Made by a program: the position numbers and the translations under genes. Shown here one piece after another: positions 19,359-29,554 of a DNA stretch of 41,665 nucleotides. Position 1 is the first letter of the stretch. Each line of letters starts with the position of its first letter. The DNA is from Thermoplasmata archaeon (GTDB taxonomy: Archaea; Thermoplasmatota; Thermoplasmata; Methanomassiliicoccales; Methanomethylophilaceae): NCBI GenBank assembly GCA_030539515.1, contig JAUNXZ010000001.1, positions 1-41,665 on the forward strand, read 5' to 3'. A model generated the notes under the pieces. The model did no database searches and was not told the origin of the DNA. It worked only from the letters and a program-made list of their open reading frames with translations.

Positions 19359-22293
19359 CCTCAACCCCTCCCAGGAGGCCATCGCGACCACCCTGGACGG
19401 GATGGTCGTCGTGGATGCCGGGCCCGGCACCGGGAAGACGCACACCATCGTCCAGCGCTACATCAACCTCATAACGAGGGACACGGGGGACGAACCTGCG
19501 GTCACCCCGCGGGACGTGCTCCTCCTGACCTTCACGCGCAACGCCGCGGCGGAGATGGAGGAGCGCATCAAGCGCGAGATGTCGAAGGAGGGTATGGCCG
19601 AGGAGGCCAAGCTCGTCCAGGTGCTCACGTTCGACGCGTTCTGCCTCTCCGTGGTGATGGAGTCCCCGTACGACGCCGGGAGGCTCTTCGGCATAGACGA
19701 GAGGCTCACCCACTCGGTGCGCCTGGTGGAGAACGACACCCTCAACAGGAACCACTTCACCTCGTTCCTCGAGGTGTTCCTCGACTCCCGCGGCGAGGAC
19801 TACGGCGACAGCGCAATAGTCTGCTCCCAGATCCCTGGGGACCTCTACGCGTTGATCGGCCGCCTCATGTCCCGCGGCATCTTCCCGCTGAAGCGCGGGG
19901 GATGGTTCGGCGGCAGCGACGGCAAAGAGCTCGTCGGGGATACCGCGGAGCTGCTGGCGAGGATGAGGTCCCGCAACGAGGTCTCCGGGAGGGCGAAGTC
20001 GTCCGACATGCGCAAGGCCCTGGCCTCGCTGAAGCCCCTGGACTGCGACCCGCTCCCCGAGATCGGGGAGGACGCATGCCTCGACGACTCGATACTCGTG
20101 TCGGCGGCGGAGGACGACCGCTCCGAGCTGCTCCGCCTCGTCCACGACGTGTACTGGGAGTACATCCGCTCGTCGATGGCCGACGACCGCCTCACGTTCG
20201 GTCTGAACGCGATGCTGGCGTTCTCGGTCCTCTACAGCAACCCCGGCGTCAGGAAGCTCAACTCGTACCGCTACGTGATGATAGACGAGTTCCAGGACAC
20301 CAACGCCAGCCAGCTCATGATGGCCCTGATGATGCTGAAGGAGCCCAACCTCTGCGTGGTTGGCGACTGGAAGCAGGGCATCTACGGGTTCAGGTTCGTC
20401 TCCATCGAGAACATAACGGAGTTCGAGAGGAGGACGGTGGAGCTCAGGAGGGTGCTCAACGACGACCTGGTCAGGGTCGAGTTCTCCCTCCCGGAGGCCG
20501 TACGCCTCCATCTCGACATGAACTACCGCTCCTCGCAGCTCATCGTGGACCACGCGTTCAGGTGCCTGCGCCTCAAGGGCAACAAGCAGGACGAGCCGGA
20601 CCATGCGAAGCTGGACAGGACGGTGAAGCTGATCACCGCCGCCAGGGACCCGGACATAGCCGGCGACACCCGCGTCCGCTTCGTGAAGGCCGCGTCCAGG
20701 GATGACGAGGCCATCGAGGTCGCCAGGTGCGTCAGGGACTACGTCGGATCCGGGAACTACACGGTGCACGCCAGGGACGGCGCCCGCCCCCTGGGGTACG
20801 GCGACATCGCCGTGCTCTGCAGGACCACCCAGGGGTGCAGGAACGTGGTGGAGCGGCTGGCCCAGGAGGGCATACCCGCCTTCCTCCAGGGCGACGTGGA
20901 GATCATGGCCACCCGCGAGGGGAAGCTGCTGCTCGCCTGGATGCGCTACGTGAGCAACGAGAGGGACGCCTGGGGCTACGCTCCGATACTCGCCGACCTC
21001 GGCTACCCCCCGTCCTTCATCGACCGCGTCTGCAAGGGCGAGGCGGCGATGCCCGCGGAGATCGCCTCCCAGAGGGAGTACCTGTTCAGGAAGAGGCGCC
21101 GCGTCACCGAGATGATGACCTCGGTCTACGACTGGTACGGCCTGGACAACGACGTGACGCAGGCGATAGTGAACGTGCTGTCCGCCGCGCACAGGGACTC
21201 CCTGCTCACCATATCCGACCTCATCGCCATGATCGACGGCGACCTGTCCTCCGGGAGGAGGACCGTCTACCCCGTGGACGCGGAGCTGGACGGCGAGGCC
21301 GTCATAGTCACCACCATGCACAAGGCCAAGGGCCTGGAGTTCCCCGCGGTCATCATCCCCTACGTGGACACCCGCGTCATGCCGTCCTCCGGGACGGACA
21401 CGTCGGACATCTGGTTCGACTCCGTCGCCGGGGTACGCTGCTCGAGGACCGTCGGCAGGTTCGAGGGGTACTCCAAGCTGTGCAGGTCCTGGAGGACCGC
21501 CCTCGTCAGATCCACGGTGGAGAGCGACTACGACGAGGAGCGCAGGCTCATGTTCGTCGCCATGTCCCGCGCCATGCAGTACGAGACCGTGATCTGCGGG
21601 CCCAAGCCCTCCCAGTTCATGGTCGGGCTCTCAAACGACCTGTACGAGGCGATCCCGGACGCCGAGGCCCCGCCCGCATCCGTGAGCGACGGCACCGCGC
21701 CGAGGCCGGACCTTTCCGGCTACACCGTCAGGAAGCAGAACGTGGGCGTCCACTCCGTGATGCGCTTCGACGAGCAGACCGTGATAGACCAGGAGTCCGG
21801 GTCGGACGAGATCTGCGGCAAGGGGAAGGAGTACGGCACCGCGGTGCACGAGGAGGCCCAGGCCATGGACCACGGCGTGCCCCCGTCGGGGAGGTACCCC
21901 GAGGCGGAGTACATCCGCGACAGCGTGCTGTCCAGGAAGTCCCTGGACGGCTTCCTCCGCTCGTACTCGGAGATAGAATGCACCCTGCCGGTGCGCCCGT
22001 CCGGCGTCTGCCTGAAGGGCGTCATAGACCTGATGCTCCTGTACGAGGACCGCGTCGAGATCCACGACTACAAGACCGACGTGTCGGACAGGTTCCAGCC
22101 CGAGTACGTGCTCCAGCTGTCGGTGTACGCGCACGCCGCCGCGGGGTACTACGGCGGGAGGCTGCCGGTCAGGTGCTACATCGACTACGTGTCCCAGGGC
22201 AGGACGGTGGAATTCGACCCCATGCCCCTGGAGGACGTGGAGACCCTGGTCGGAGGCCGCCTTTCCTCCCAGAATACCGTCGCGAACCTGCGA
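19351..22293 (+). CDS. AddA/UvrD-like SF1 helicase with C-terminal PD-(D/E)XK nuclease (980 aa)
   Basis: AGPGTGKT, LLTFTRNAA, IDEFQDT, VGDWKQGIYGFR, NYRSS, TMHKAKGLEF, EERRLMFVAMSRA, GVIDL..HDYKT..QLSVY. End at CGA 22291-22293; standard code runs to 23193. Confidence 0.9.
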
Positions 22294-22327
22294 ACGGCTC
22301 ATATACGACACTTGAATACGCGCGCAT

Positions 22328-24925
22328 ATGAAGGGACTGACCTCGGCGGAGGTTGCGGAGCGCAAGGCCCAGGGCCTTGTGAACGACTCCGAGGTGAAGA
22401 CCAGCAGGACTTACACCGATATCTTCCTGAAGAACCTGCTGACGCCGTTCAACATCGTGCTGTTCATACTGGGCATCCTGCTCCTGATCTGCCAGGAGCC
22501 CATCAGCGCGGTATCCGCCACTGGGATCATCATCGTGAACATCCTGATCTCCACCGTCCAGGAGATGCGCGCGAAGCGCCGCCTGGACAAGATCTCCCTG
22601 CTCACCAGGCCGAAGGTCAAGGTGTTCAGGGACGGCGCAGAGGCCGAGGTGGACCAGTCCGAGGTCGTGAAGGACGACGTCGTCATCCTCCGCGCCGGGG
22701 ACCAGGCCGTCGTGGACGGCGTCATAGAGGAGTGCAGGTCGCTGGAGATGGACGAGTCCCTCCTCACCGGCGAGTCCAGCACCGTCAGGAAGAAGGCCGG
22801 CGAGCCCATCTACTCGGGCGCGAACTGCGTCACCGGAGAGGCGTACTACACCGTCACCGGCTTCGGGGCCGACTCGTACGCGTCCCAGATGCTCAGCAGC
22901 GCCAAGAAGTTCACCTCCAAGAAGACGCCGCTGGAGATGGAGACCGGCACCGTCACCAAGATGCTGATGGCGATCGCGGCCATCCTGTTCATCATCACGA
23001 TATTCAAGTCGGTGTTCGTCACCCACGAGAGCTTCTCGCAGACCCTCCAGGTCTTCGTGCTGTGCCTCGACGTGGTGCCCATCGCGCTGTTCCTGCTCAT
23101 AACGCTGACCTACATGATCGCCGCCGTTCGCATGGCCGACTCCGGGGTGCTCCTCCAGAGGACCAACTCCGTCGAGTCGATCAGCCACGTTGACGTCGTC
23201 TGCATGGACAAGACCGGGACGATCACCACCAACAAGCTCCGCTATGAGAACTCGTGGGACCTGGTGTCCCCCGTGGAGGCGGAGCACCTCATCGCGGTGT
23301 TCGCGTCGACCACCGGGAGCAGGAACCGCACCGTGGACGCCCTGGCGAACAGGTACGGCACCGCGGACGCGGAGCTCCTGGAGGAGATCCAGTTCTCGTC
23401 CGAGCGGAAGTACAGCGCCGTCCGCGTGAGGGACGGGGGGAACGAGTACAACCTCTACCTCGGGGCCCTTACGTCCCTGAAGGACCACATGGACACCGAC
23501 CAGGACATCGCCACCCACGTCGACGCCGAGTCCCGCAAGGGCCTCAGGACCGTCCTGATCTGCAGGGGCCCCGCCGTCCCGCTCCACGATGCGGACGACG
23601 AGCCGGTCATCGGCAGGATGGAGCCCGTCTCCGTCGTGTCCATACGCGACGAGGTCAGGCCGGACTGCAGGGAGACCATCCAGGTCTTCATGGACAACGG
23701 CATGCAGCTGAAGGTCATCTCCGGGGACGACCCCGTCACCGTGGACTCGCTGTTCACCATCGCCGGCATCCCCGGCGAGAGGAAGATCGTCTCCGGCCCC
23801 GAGCTCGACGCGATGAGCGAGGCGGAGTTCACCAAGGCCGCCCTCGAGTGCAACATCTTCGGCAGGATGAAGCCGGAGAACAAGGAGCACGTGATCGAGG
23901 CCCTCAAGAACAACGGCCACTACGTGGCCATGATCGGGGACGGCGTCAACGACGTCAAGTCCCTGAAGACCGCCCAGGTGGGCGTGTCCCTGGAGTCCGG
24001 CGCGGGAGCCGCGCGCGGGGTGGCGGACATGATCCTGGTGGGCGACAACTTCTCGGCCCTGCCGAAGGCCCTGGTTGAGGGCCGCAGGACCGTCTCGGGC
24101 ATGAGGGACATCCTCAAGCTCTACCTCACCCGCAACTTCTGCCTGGCGCTGCTGTTCGTGGCGATATTCGTGCTCTTCGGGAACATCCCGATGATCCCGA
24201 TCCAGAACACGTTCTACGCGTTCATCTCGGTGTCCATCATGGCGTTCTTCATGACGCTGTTCGCCAAGCCGGACGAGAACAAGGAGCTGATCCTGCCGGA
24301 CGTGCTGCGGTACTGCGTCCCATCGTCGATAATGATCGCTGCCTTCGGCCTGCTGGTCTACGGGCTCGCCTGGTACGGCGTCTCCCACGGGACCCTGGTC
24401 GTGGACTGGGCGGCGATGGTCGAGACCATCGGCTACAGCGGGACCGCCGAGCAGCTCATCGCCTCGCTCTCCTGGAACGGATCCGGGGAGGCCGAGATCG
24501 TCGCCAGGACCTGCATGGTGCTGTTCGTGACGTTCGCCGGGCTCTTCCAGATATTCATCATCTGCCCCAGGTGGAAGATCTTCTCCGTGGACGGCAGGAC
24601 CAACAAGAGCCTGGTGCCCTTCGTGATCACACTGCTGATCATCGGGCTCGTCATGGCGATGTACCTCTACTTCCCGAAGCTCGCGGTGGAGTTCATCGGC
24701 TTCGCGCTGCTCCCCGGCTACTGCTACGCCGCCATACTCGGCTTCGTGGTAGTGCTGATGGTGCTGGAGCTGCTGGTCCTCAGGACCAACCTCTTCAAGC
24801 ACGTCATCGAGAGGTTCGAGGAGTACTACATGAGGAAGCTGGACGAGGAGTACAGCGAGGGCGACGTGAGGGAGGAGACGGGGGTCAAGGTGAAGATCCC
24901 CCTGGACAAGTTCCCTCGTCCCTGA
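22328..24925 (+). CDS. P-type ATPase (CtpE-like architecture)
   Basis: DESLLTGES, DKTGTIT, FSSERKYS, VISGD, GDGVND; about 10 TM helices. Confidence 0.93.
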   Translation: MKGLTSAEVAERKAQGLVNDSEVKTSRTYTDIFLKNLLTPFNIVLFILGILLLICQEPISAVSATGIIIVNILISTVQEMRAKRRLDKISLLTRPKVKVFRDGAEAEVDQSEVVKDDVVILRAGDQAVVDGVIEECRSLEMDESLLTGESSTVRKKAGEPIYSGANCVTGEAYYTVTGFGADSYASQMLSSAKKFTSKKTPLEMETGTVTKMLMAIAAILFIITIFKSVFVTHESFSQTLQVFVLCLDVVPIALFLLITLTYMIAAVRMADSGVLLQRTNSVESISHVDVVCMDKTGTITTNKLRYENSWDLVSPVEAEHLIAVFASTTGSRNRTVDALANRYGTADAELLEEIQFSSERKYSAVRVRDGGNEYNLYLGALTSLKDHMDTDQDIATHVDAESRKGLRTVLICRGPAVPLHDADDEPVIGRMEPVSVVSIRDEVRPDCRETIQVFMDNGMQLKVISGDDPVTVDSLFTIAGIPGERKIVSGPELDAMSEAEFTKAALECNIFGRMKPENKEHVIEALKNNGHYVAMIGDGVNDVKSLKTAQVGVSLESGAGAARGVADMILVGDNFSALPKALVEGRRTVSGMRDILKLYLTRNFCLALLFVAIFVLFGNIPMIPIQNTFYAFISVSIMAFFMTLFAKPDENKELILPDVLRYCVPSSIMIAAFGLLVYGLAWYGVSHGTLVVDWAAMVETIGYSGTAEQLIASLSWNGSGEAEIVARTCMVLFVTFAGLFQIFIICPRWKIFSVDGRTNKSLVPFVITLLIIGLVMAMYLYFPKLAVEFIGFALLPGYCYAAILGFVVVLMVLELLVLRTNLFKHVIERFEEYYMRKLDEEYSEGDVREETGVKVKIPLDKFPRP

Positions 24926-25248
24926 TCGGCCATCTCCGAGGCTATGGTCCCCCTGAGCTCGGCCATGCTCTGCAGAGCGTCGAGCTTGTCGGATATCTCG
25001 TCGACCATCGCCTCGGGCATGTCCCCGCGGGTGTCCCTCAGGTTAAGGTCGTCCAGCAGGGGCCTCAGCTCCCGCAGGGCGTCCCTCATGCGCGCGATGG
25101 CCCCGACCGCGTCCTCCGCCGCGTCGCGGACCTCCATGGCCCTCCCGGCCGGGTCGGGGTAGCCGGAAATGGACCTCCGGATCCACATCGCCTCCTCGTC
25201 CCTCAGCCTCGATTCGCGCTCGGCCGTTCCTTCTGCCGTACCGTACAT
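24916..25248 (-). CDS. Hypothetical helical protein
   Basis: ATG after GGAG, codon usage like neighbours. End at CGA 24916-24918, overlapping the ATPase stop region; standard code would overlap the ATPase by 100 nt. Confidence 0.6.
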
Positions 25249-25330
25249 TGGCTAATCTCCGTGCTTAACAGCATAGAACGGAGACCGCGGGAGGATTTAG
25301 TAGATGTGTCAAGCGGACGTAGACGTGTTC

Positions 25331-25990
25331 TCAGGGCCGGTACTGCCCGTTGCGGCTCATGGCGATCATGAGATGCGACGCCATGCGCGCGTCGGAAAGG
25401 GCGCGGTGGTCCTGGACGCCGTGGATCCCTGCCGGGTCCCCGTCCACGATCTTGGCGTAGGCGTAGTCCAGCTTGGGGAACTTGTACTGGCGGCCGTAGT
25501 ACTCGCTGGGGACCTTGCAAACGGGCGTGGCGGCGACCATGATGTCGGCGCACTCCACGAACCAGCCGCGCATGTTCCAGGGCTCCTCGTACAGGAACTT
25601 GCCGAAGTCGTAGCCCGTGTTGTAGGCGGTGACGGGCTTCCCGCGGAGTATCCTGCGGACGTCGTCGATGACGGTCAGCGCCGGAGGGGCCTCCTCAACC
25701 ATCTCGAGGGTCATGTCGGTGTTCTGGAAGATCCACGCCTCGCGGAGGTAGTCGTCCCACTCGTCGGTCTCGTAGCCGAGGACCGACGAGTACACGTCAT
25801 CCACGGTGCCCTCGGATAACGACACCCTGCAGATCCCGACGTCCACCACGAGGTCCCTGGGGGCCCCCTGGAGGCCGGTGGTCTCGGTGTCCAGCACGTA
25901 GATCTCGTCCGCGGACAGAGACTCCCCGACGGTGCGGAAGGCGTCTCCCCTGGGGGTCTTCACCCTCTCGTACGTCATGAACCCGTCCAT
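25331..25990 (-). CDS. DEDDh 3'-5' exonuclease (DnaQ-like)
   Basis: LDTETTG (ExoI), AYNTGYD (ExoII), HRALSDA (ExoIII). Confidence 0.9.
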   Translation of the reverse strand: MDGFMTYERVKTPRGDAFRTVGESLSADEIYVLDTETTGLQGAPRDLVVDVGICRVSLSEGTVDDVYSSVLGYETDEWDDYLREAWIFQNTDMTLEMVEEAPPALTVIDDVRRILRGKPVTAYNTGYDFGKFLYEEPWNMRGWFVECADIMVAATPVCKVPSEYYGRQYKFPKLDYAYAKIVDGDPAGIHGVQDHRALSDARMASHLMIAMSRNGQYRP

Positions 25991-26044
25991 GCGGGTGCAT
26001 CGCCGAGGGGCAAAAAACAATTTGCCCGACGCGATGCGGGCGGT

Positions 26045-26734
26045 ATGCGCTACGCGTGGACGAAGGAGGCGGAATTCGTCTCGAGGCCCAACAGGTTCGT
26101 CGCGGAGGTCATCCTCGACGGAGTACGGGAGAAGGTCCACGTGAAGAACACCGGCAGGTGCAGGGAGATACTCGTGCCCGGGACCCGCGTCGTTCTGTCC
26201 GATTCCCGGAACCCGGGCAGGAAGTACCGCTACGACCTGATAGCCGCATGGAAGGGCGACCTGCTGATCAACATAGACTCCCAGGCCCCCAACAGGGCGT
26301 TCCACGAGCACATCCTCCGCGGGGAGGTGTTCGGGCCGCCTTCGGTCGTTCACCCGGAATGCACCCACGGGGACTCCAGGTTCGACTTCTACGTCGAGTC
26401 GGGGGACCGCAGGATATTCGCCGAGGTGAAGGGCGTGACGCTGGAGCACGACGGGGTGTGCAGGTTCCCGGACGCTCCGACGGAACGCGGTCTGAAGCAC
26501 GTCAGGGGGCTCGCGGAGTGCGTGACCGAGGGCTATGAGGCCTACGCCGTGTTCGTGGTCCAGATGGGACGCATGACGCTGTTCGAGCCCAACGCCGACA
26601 CCGACCCGGACTTCGCCCGGGGGCTGGCGGAGGCCGAGGACGCGGGCGTGAGGGTGCTGTGCCTCGGATGCGACGTGGAGCCGGACTCGATGGACATCTC
26701 GTACGGGATACCGCACAGACTCACTCGTAGTCGA
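26045..26734 (+). CDS. sfsA: DNA/RNA nuclease SfsA
   Basis: RPNRF, HVKNTGRCRE, SRFDF, EVKGVTL, FPDAPTERGLKH. End at CGA 26732-26734; standard TGA at 26785. Confidence 0.93.
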
Positions 26735-27668
26735 CGGTCTCCCTCTTCATGTAGCCGCTGGTGTCCTGCTCCTGCAGGGCCTTGATCATCCTGAGGTAGT
26801 CCGCCACGGCGGTCTCCTGGTCGTTGATGAGCTGGTGGACCAGGTAGATGTTCTTCATCGTCGGGTTGGCGGCCATGAAGGTGCCGTCCTCGGGCTCCTC
26901 CCTGATCATGGCGACCACCATGGTCTTCATCGACTTGGTTCCGGCGCGGGAGTCCTCGTAGCTGATGACAGCCTCGAGGGCGGCCTCGCCGTAGGAGGTG
27001 GCGTTCAGGTAGCGCATGGCCGCGTCGGCGATCTCCGGGTAGAAGGTGAAGTCCACGCTCTGGACGAGCCCCTCGAAGTGGTCGCGGAGCACGCCCTGGT
27101 AGTGGGCGTACCTGCGGATCTTGGAGATCCCCACGTCGGATACGAGCTCGGAGGAGCCGTACATGTCGCGCATGTCCTGGACGGTGAAGTCGGAGTCGAC
27201 CTGGAACTTCTTGACGGTCTTCCCGTTGGGGGTGATGACCATGTTCTTCCTGACCAGGTACATGTCGATCTCCGGGCTGATGAGGCGGTTGTACCTCAGG
27301 ATCTTCCTGGCCTCCTCCCTCTGGAGACGTGAGTCCCTGTTGCGGTTCACCAGGGTGTCCAGGCAGAGGACGACGACGAACAGCGCCAGGATGTTGCAGG
27401 CCATGTTGTAGAAGAAGTCCCTCCATGTCCAGTCGCCGTCGCAGAACGCCCATCCGATGAAGAAGAACACTGCGCTGGAGACGATGATGACCGCGAACGA
27501 GATCCACATGACGGAGAACTCGTGGTGCTTCTCCACCTTGCTGGCGCGGGTCCTCTTGAAGTCCGTGTCGAGGACGCGGGCCGACGTGTCGACGGTGTCC
27601 TTGAGCCTCGACGCGGCGTCCTTGAGGATGCCCAGGGCGGCCGCGCCCTTGGAGCCCTCGTCGGTCAT
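26721..27668 (-). CDS. Hypothetical membrane protein (two N-terminal TM helices, soluble C-domain)
   Basis: ATGA overlap with the upstream gene, two hydrophobic segments, typical codon usage. Confidence 0.75.
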   Translation of the reverse strand: MTDEGSKGAAALGILKDAASRLKDTVDTSARVLDTDFKRTRASKVEKHHEFSVMWISFAVIIVSSAVFFFIGWAFCDGDWTWRDFFYNMACNILALFVVVLCLDTLVNRNRDSRLQREEARKILRYNRLISPEIDMYLVRKNMVITPNGKTVKKFQVDSDFTVQDMRDMYGSSELVSDVGISKIRRYAHYQGVLRDHFEGLVQSVDFTFYPEIADAAMRYLNATSYGEAALEAVISYEDSRAGTKSMKTMVVAMIREEPEDGTFMAANPTMKNIYLVHQLINDQETAVADYLRMIKALQEQDTSGYMKRETVDYE

Positions 27669-28615
27669 GCGCCGCACCTCTCCCTGAGGACCTCGCGGAT
27701 GGCTGCCTGCGTCTGCTCCGCGGTGCCGGTGGTGTTGACCATGAAGGTCTCGCACTCGGTCAGGTACCTGCGGAAGAAGGCCTCCCTGCGCGCCATGCGC
27801 GCCTCGTCCCTGAGGAGCTGGTGCGGGTTGCAGTAGTCGTGCGACTTCAGGTACTCGAGCGCGTCGTCGGGCTCCATCCTCGTTACCACGGAGGGATCGT
27901 CGTGGTCCCTCTTGAGCAGGAACACGTACCTCATGCCGGTGCCCCTTATCACGGAGCCCTCGCCGGCCACCCAGCGGACGTTGCCGATGCCGCGGCCCTT
28001 GTTGTCGAAGCGGACCTCGCTGACCAGGGGGCGGTACTCCTCCCAGACGTCGCCGATGTCTGCGTCGATGTAGCAGTTCCTCTCCGATCCCTCGACGCGC
28101 GGCCTCCCGCATCCGAACGAGACGAAATACCAGTCGTCGGTGATCAGGTGGGAGTTCTCCGCCCTGAGGAGCCCCCAGGACTGGGTGGTCTTCCCGGTCT
28201 TGGAAGGCGCGATGAGGGTAACGCCGGAGCCGTCGATGTCCAGGGCGGCGCCGTGGACCGAGTAGATCGAGTGGGCGTCCTCCAGGATGTTCCCCGCGAG
28301 TCCGAGGGCGATGCTCTTGACCCACCCGTAGTAGTCGAAGTTGAACAGGAACATGGTGCGGTTGCCCACGTCGTACTCGGCGTGGAGGTCGGTGTCCGGG
28401 TCGGTGAGGCAGTAGATCCTCGCGTGGGACCTGACGCTGTCCGACATGTGGTAGAAGTTGTCGGACCACATGTCCGCGTAGGTCTTGTTCTCCGTGAACA
28501 GCTGGACGCAGACCCCGTTGATGTCCGCCTTGGCGGAGTAGTTGTTCAGCGCGGAGCAGCGCCTGGTGAGCTCGCAGGAGCGTCCGTCCCCGATTTCGAC
28601 GAGCCTGTATGCCAT
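27665..28615 (-). CDS. HPr kinase/PEPCK-like P-loop protein
   Basis: VHGAAL, LIAPSKTGKTT, LITDDW. Start at MAYRL; an in-frame CGA lies three codons upstream. Confidence 0.75.
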   Translation of the reverse strand: MAYRLVEIGDGRSCELTRRCSALNNYSAKADINGVCVQLFTENKTYADMWSDNFYHMSDSVRSHARIYCLTDPDTDLHAEYDVGNRTMFLFNFDYYGWVKSIALGLAGNILEDAHSIYSVHGAALDIDGSGVTLIAPSKTGKTTQSWGLLRAENSHLITDDWYFVSFGCGRPRVEGSERNCYIDADIGDVWEEYRPLVSEVRFDNKGRGIGNVRWVAGEGSVIRGTGMRYVFLLKRDHDDPSVVTRMEPDDALEYLKSHDYCNPHQLLRDEARMARREAFFRRYLTECETFMVNTTGTAEQTQAAIREVLRERCGA

Positions 28616-28676
28616 GTTCGATCGTCCCGCGTATGCGCGATTCCCTTCATATACCCGCGCAACATCGCCGTAGGCG

Positions 28677-29078
28677 ATGCCCGGATACACGGAGCTGACG
28701 GTCCGCACGGCGGAGAGCGAGATGGTCGACATCACCGAGCGGGTGCGCCGCGTCGTCCGCGAGAGCGGCGTGACCGAGGGCTACGTCTTCGTGTTCTCCG
28801 AGCACACCACGGCCGGGCTGACCATCAACGAGAACGCGGACCCCGATGTGAAGACGGACATGCTGTACGGACTCGAGAAGGCGTTCCCCGTGAGGCCGGA
28901 GTACCGGCACGCCGAGGGGAACTCCCACGCCCACCTGCGCACGTCCTGCGTCGGGCCGTCCGTGACCGTGATAGTCTCCGGCGGCGAGCTGGTCCTCGGG
29001 ACCTGGCAGGGCATCTACTTATGCGAGTTCGACGGACCCCGCACCCGCACGGTTGCGGTCAAGGTCACAATGGGTCGA
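28677..29078 (+). CDS. yjbQ: YjbQ/UPF0047 family protein (133 aa)
   Basis: HTTAGLTINENADPDV, HAEGNSHAH, LGTWQGIYLCEFDGPRTRTVAVKVTMG, then CGA at 29076-29078. Confidence 0.92.
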
Positions 29079-29468
29079 CACCGCGCTCGGCACGATGACC
29101 TGCACCATCTGGTGGTGCGCGCCCCACTCGCCCAGCGCCTTCAGCACCGGGAGGATGGACGTGCCCTTGTCGGTGAGCGCGTAGGTCACCTTCAGCTTGC
29201 GGTCCGAACCGACGGTGCGGGTGATCATCCCGTCCGCCTCCAGCTCCTTCAGCTGCTTCGAGAGGATCCTCGACGTGACCTCGCCGATGCGCTTCTCCAG
29301 CTCCGAGAACCTCTGGGGCCCGTTCATGAACAGCATGCACAGGATGGTCCCCTTCCAGCGCCCCTCGATAACGGACATCGCCGCGTCGACGCAGCAGTTG
29401 TACCTGGCGAAGTTCTTCTGGACGGCCTCCTGCCTGAGCTCCTCTATGTCCCCGTCGTACGTGCTCAT
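29019..29468 (-). CDS. HxlR family winged-helix transcriptional regulator
   Basis: CCVDAAMSVIEGRWKGTIL, RFSEL, LSKQLKELEADGMI, VTYALTDKG; divergent from a flavodoxin operon. Confidence 0.9.
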   Translation of the reverse strand: MSTYDGDIEELRQEAVQKNFARYNCCVDAAMSVIEGRWKGTILCMLFMNGPQRFSELEKRIGEVTSRILSKQLKELEADGMITRTVGSDRKLKVTYALTDKGTSILPVLKALGEWGAHHQMVQVIVPSAVSTHCDLDRNRAGAGSVELA

Positions 29469-29554
29469 AGGTGTAGGTATCATTAGGATGTTTAATAACA
29501 TTTTGTAGGCATATACTTATATAGAAACGCTGTACGGAGTTCTGGGCAAGTCTC

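Noticed and set aside
22270-22272. CAG as an edited TAG stop for the helicase
   Set aside because: CAG is the ordinary, abundant Gln codon in all genes here; only CGA shows the terminal-only distribution.
19351-23193. 1280-aa helicase ORF suggesting a helicase / P-type ATPase fusion or extra domain
   Set aside because: The extension is an out-of-frame read of the ATPase gene with no domain features; it disappears if CGA at 22291 is the stop.
29019-29078. Remaining 60-nt hxlR/yjbQ overlap as evidence for another hidden stop codon
   Set aside because: No CGA or otherwise terminal-specific codon in the hxlR tail; a single modest convergent overlap is unremarkable.
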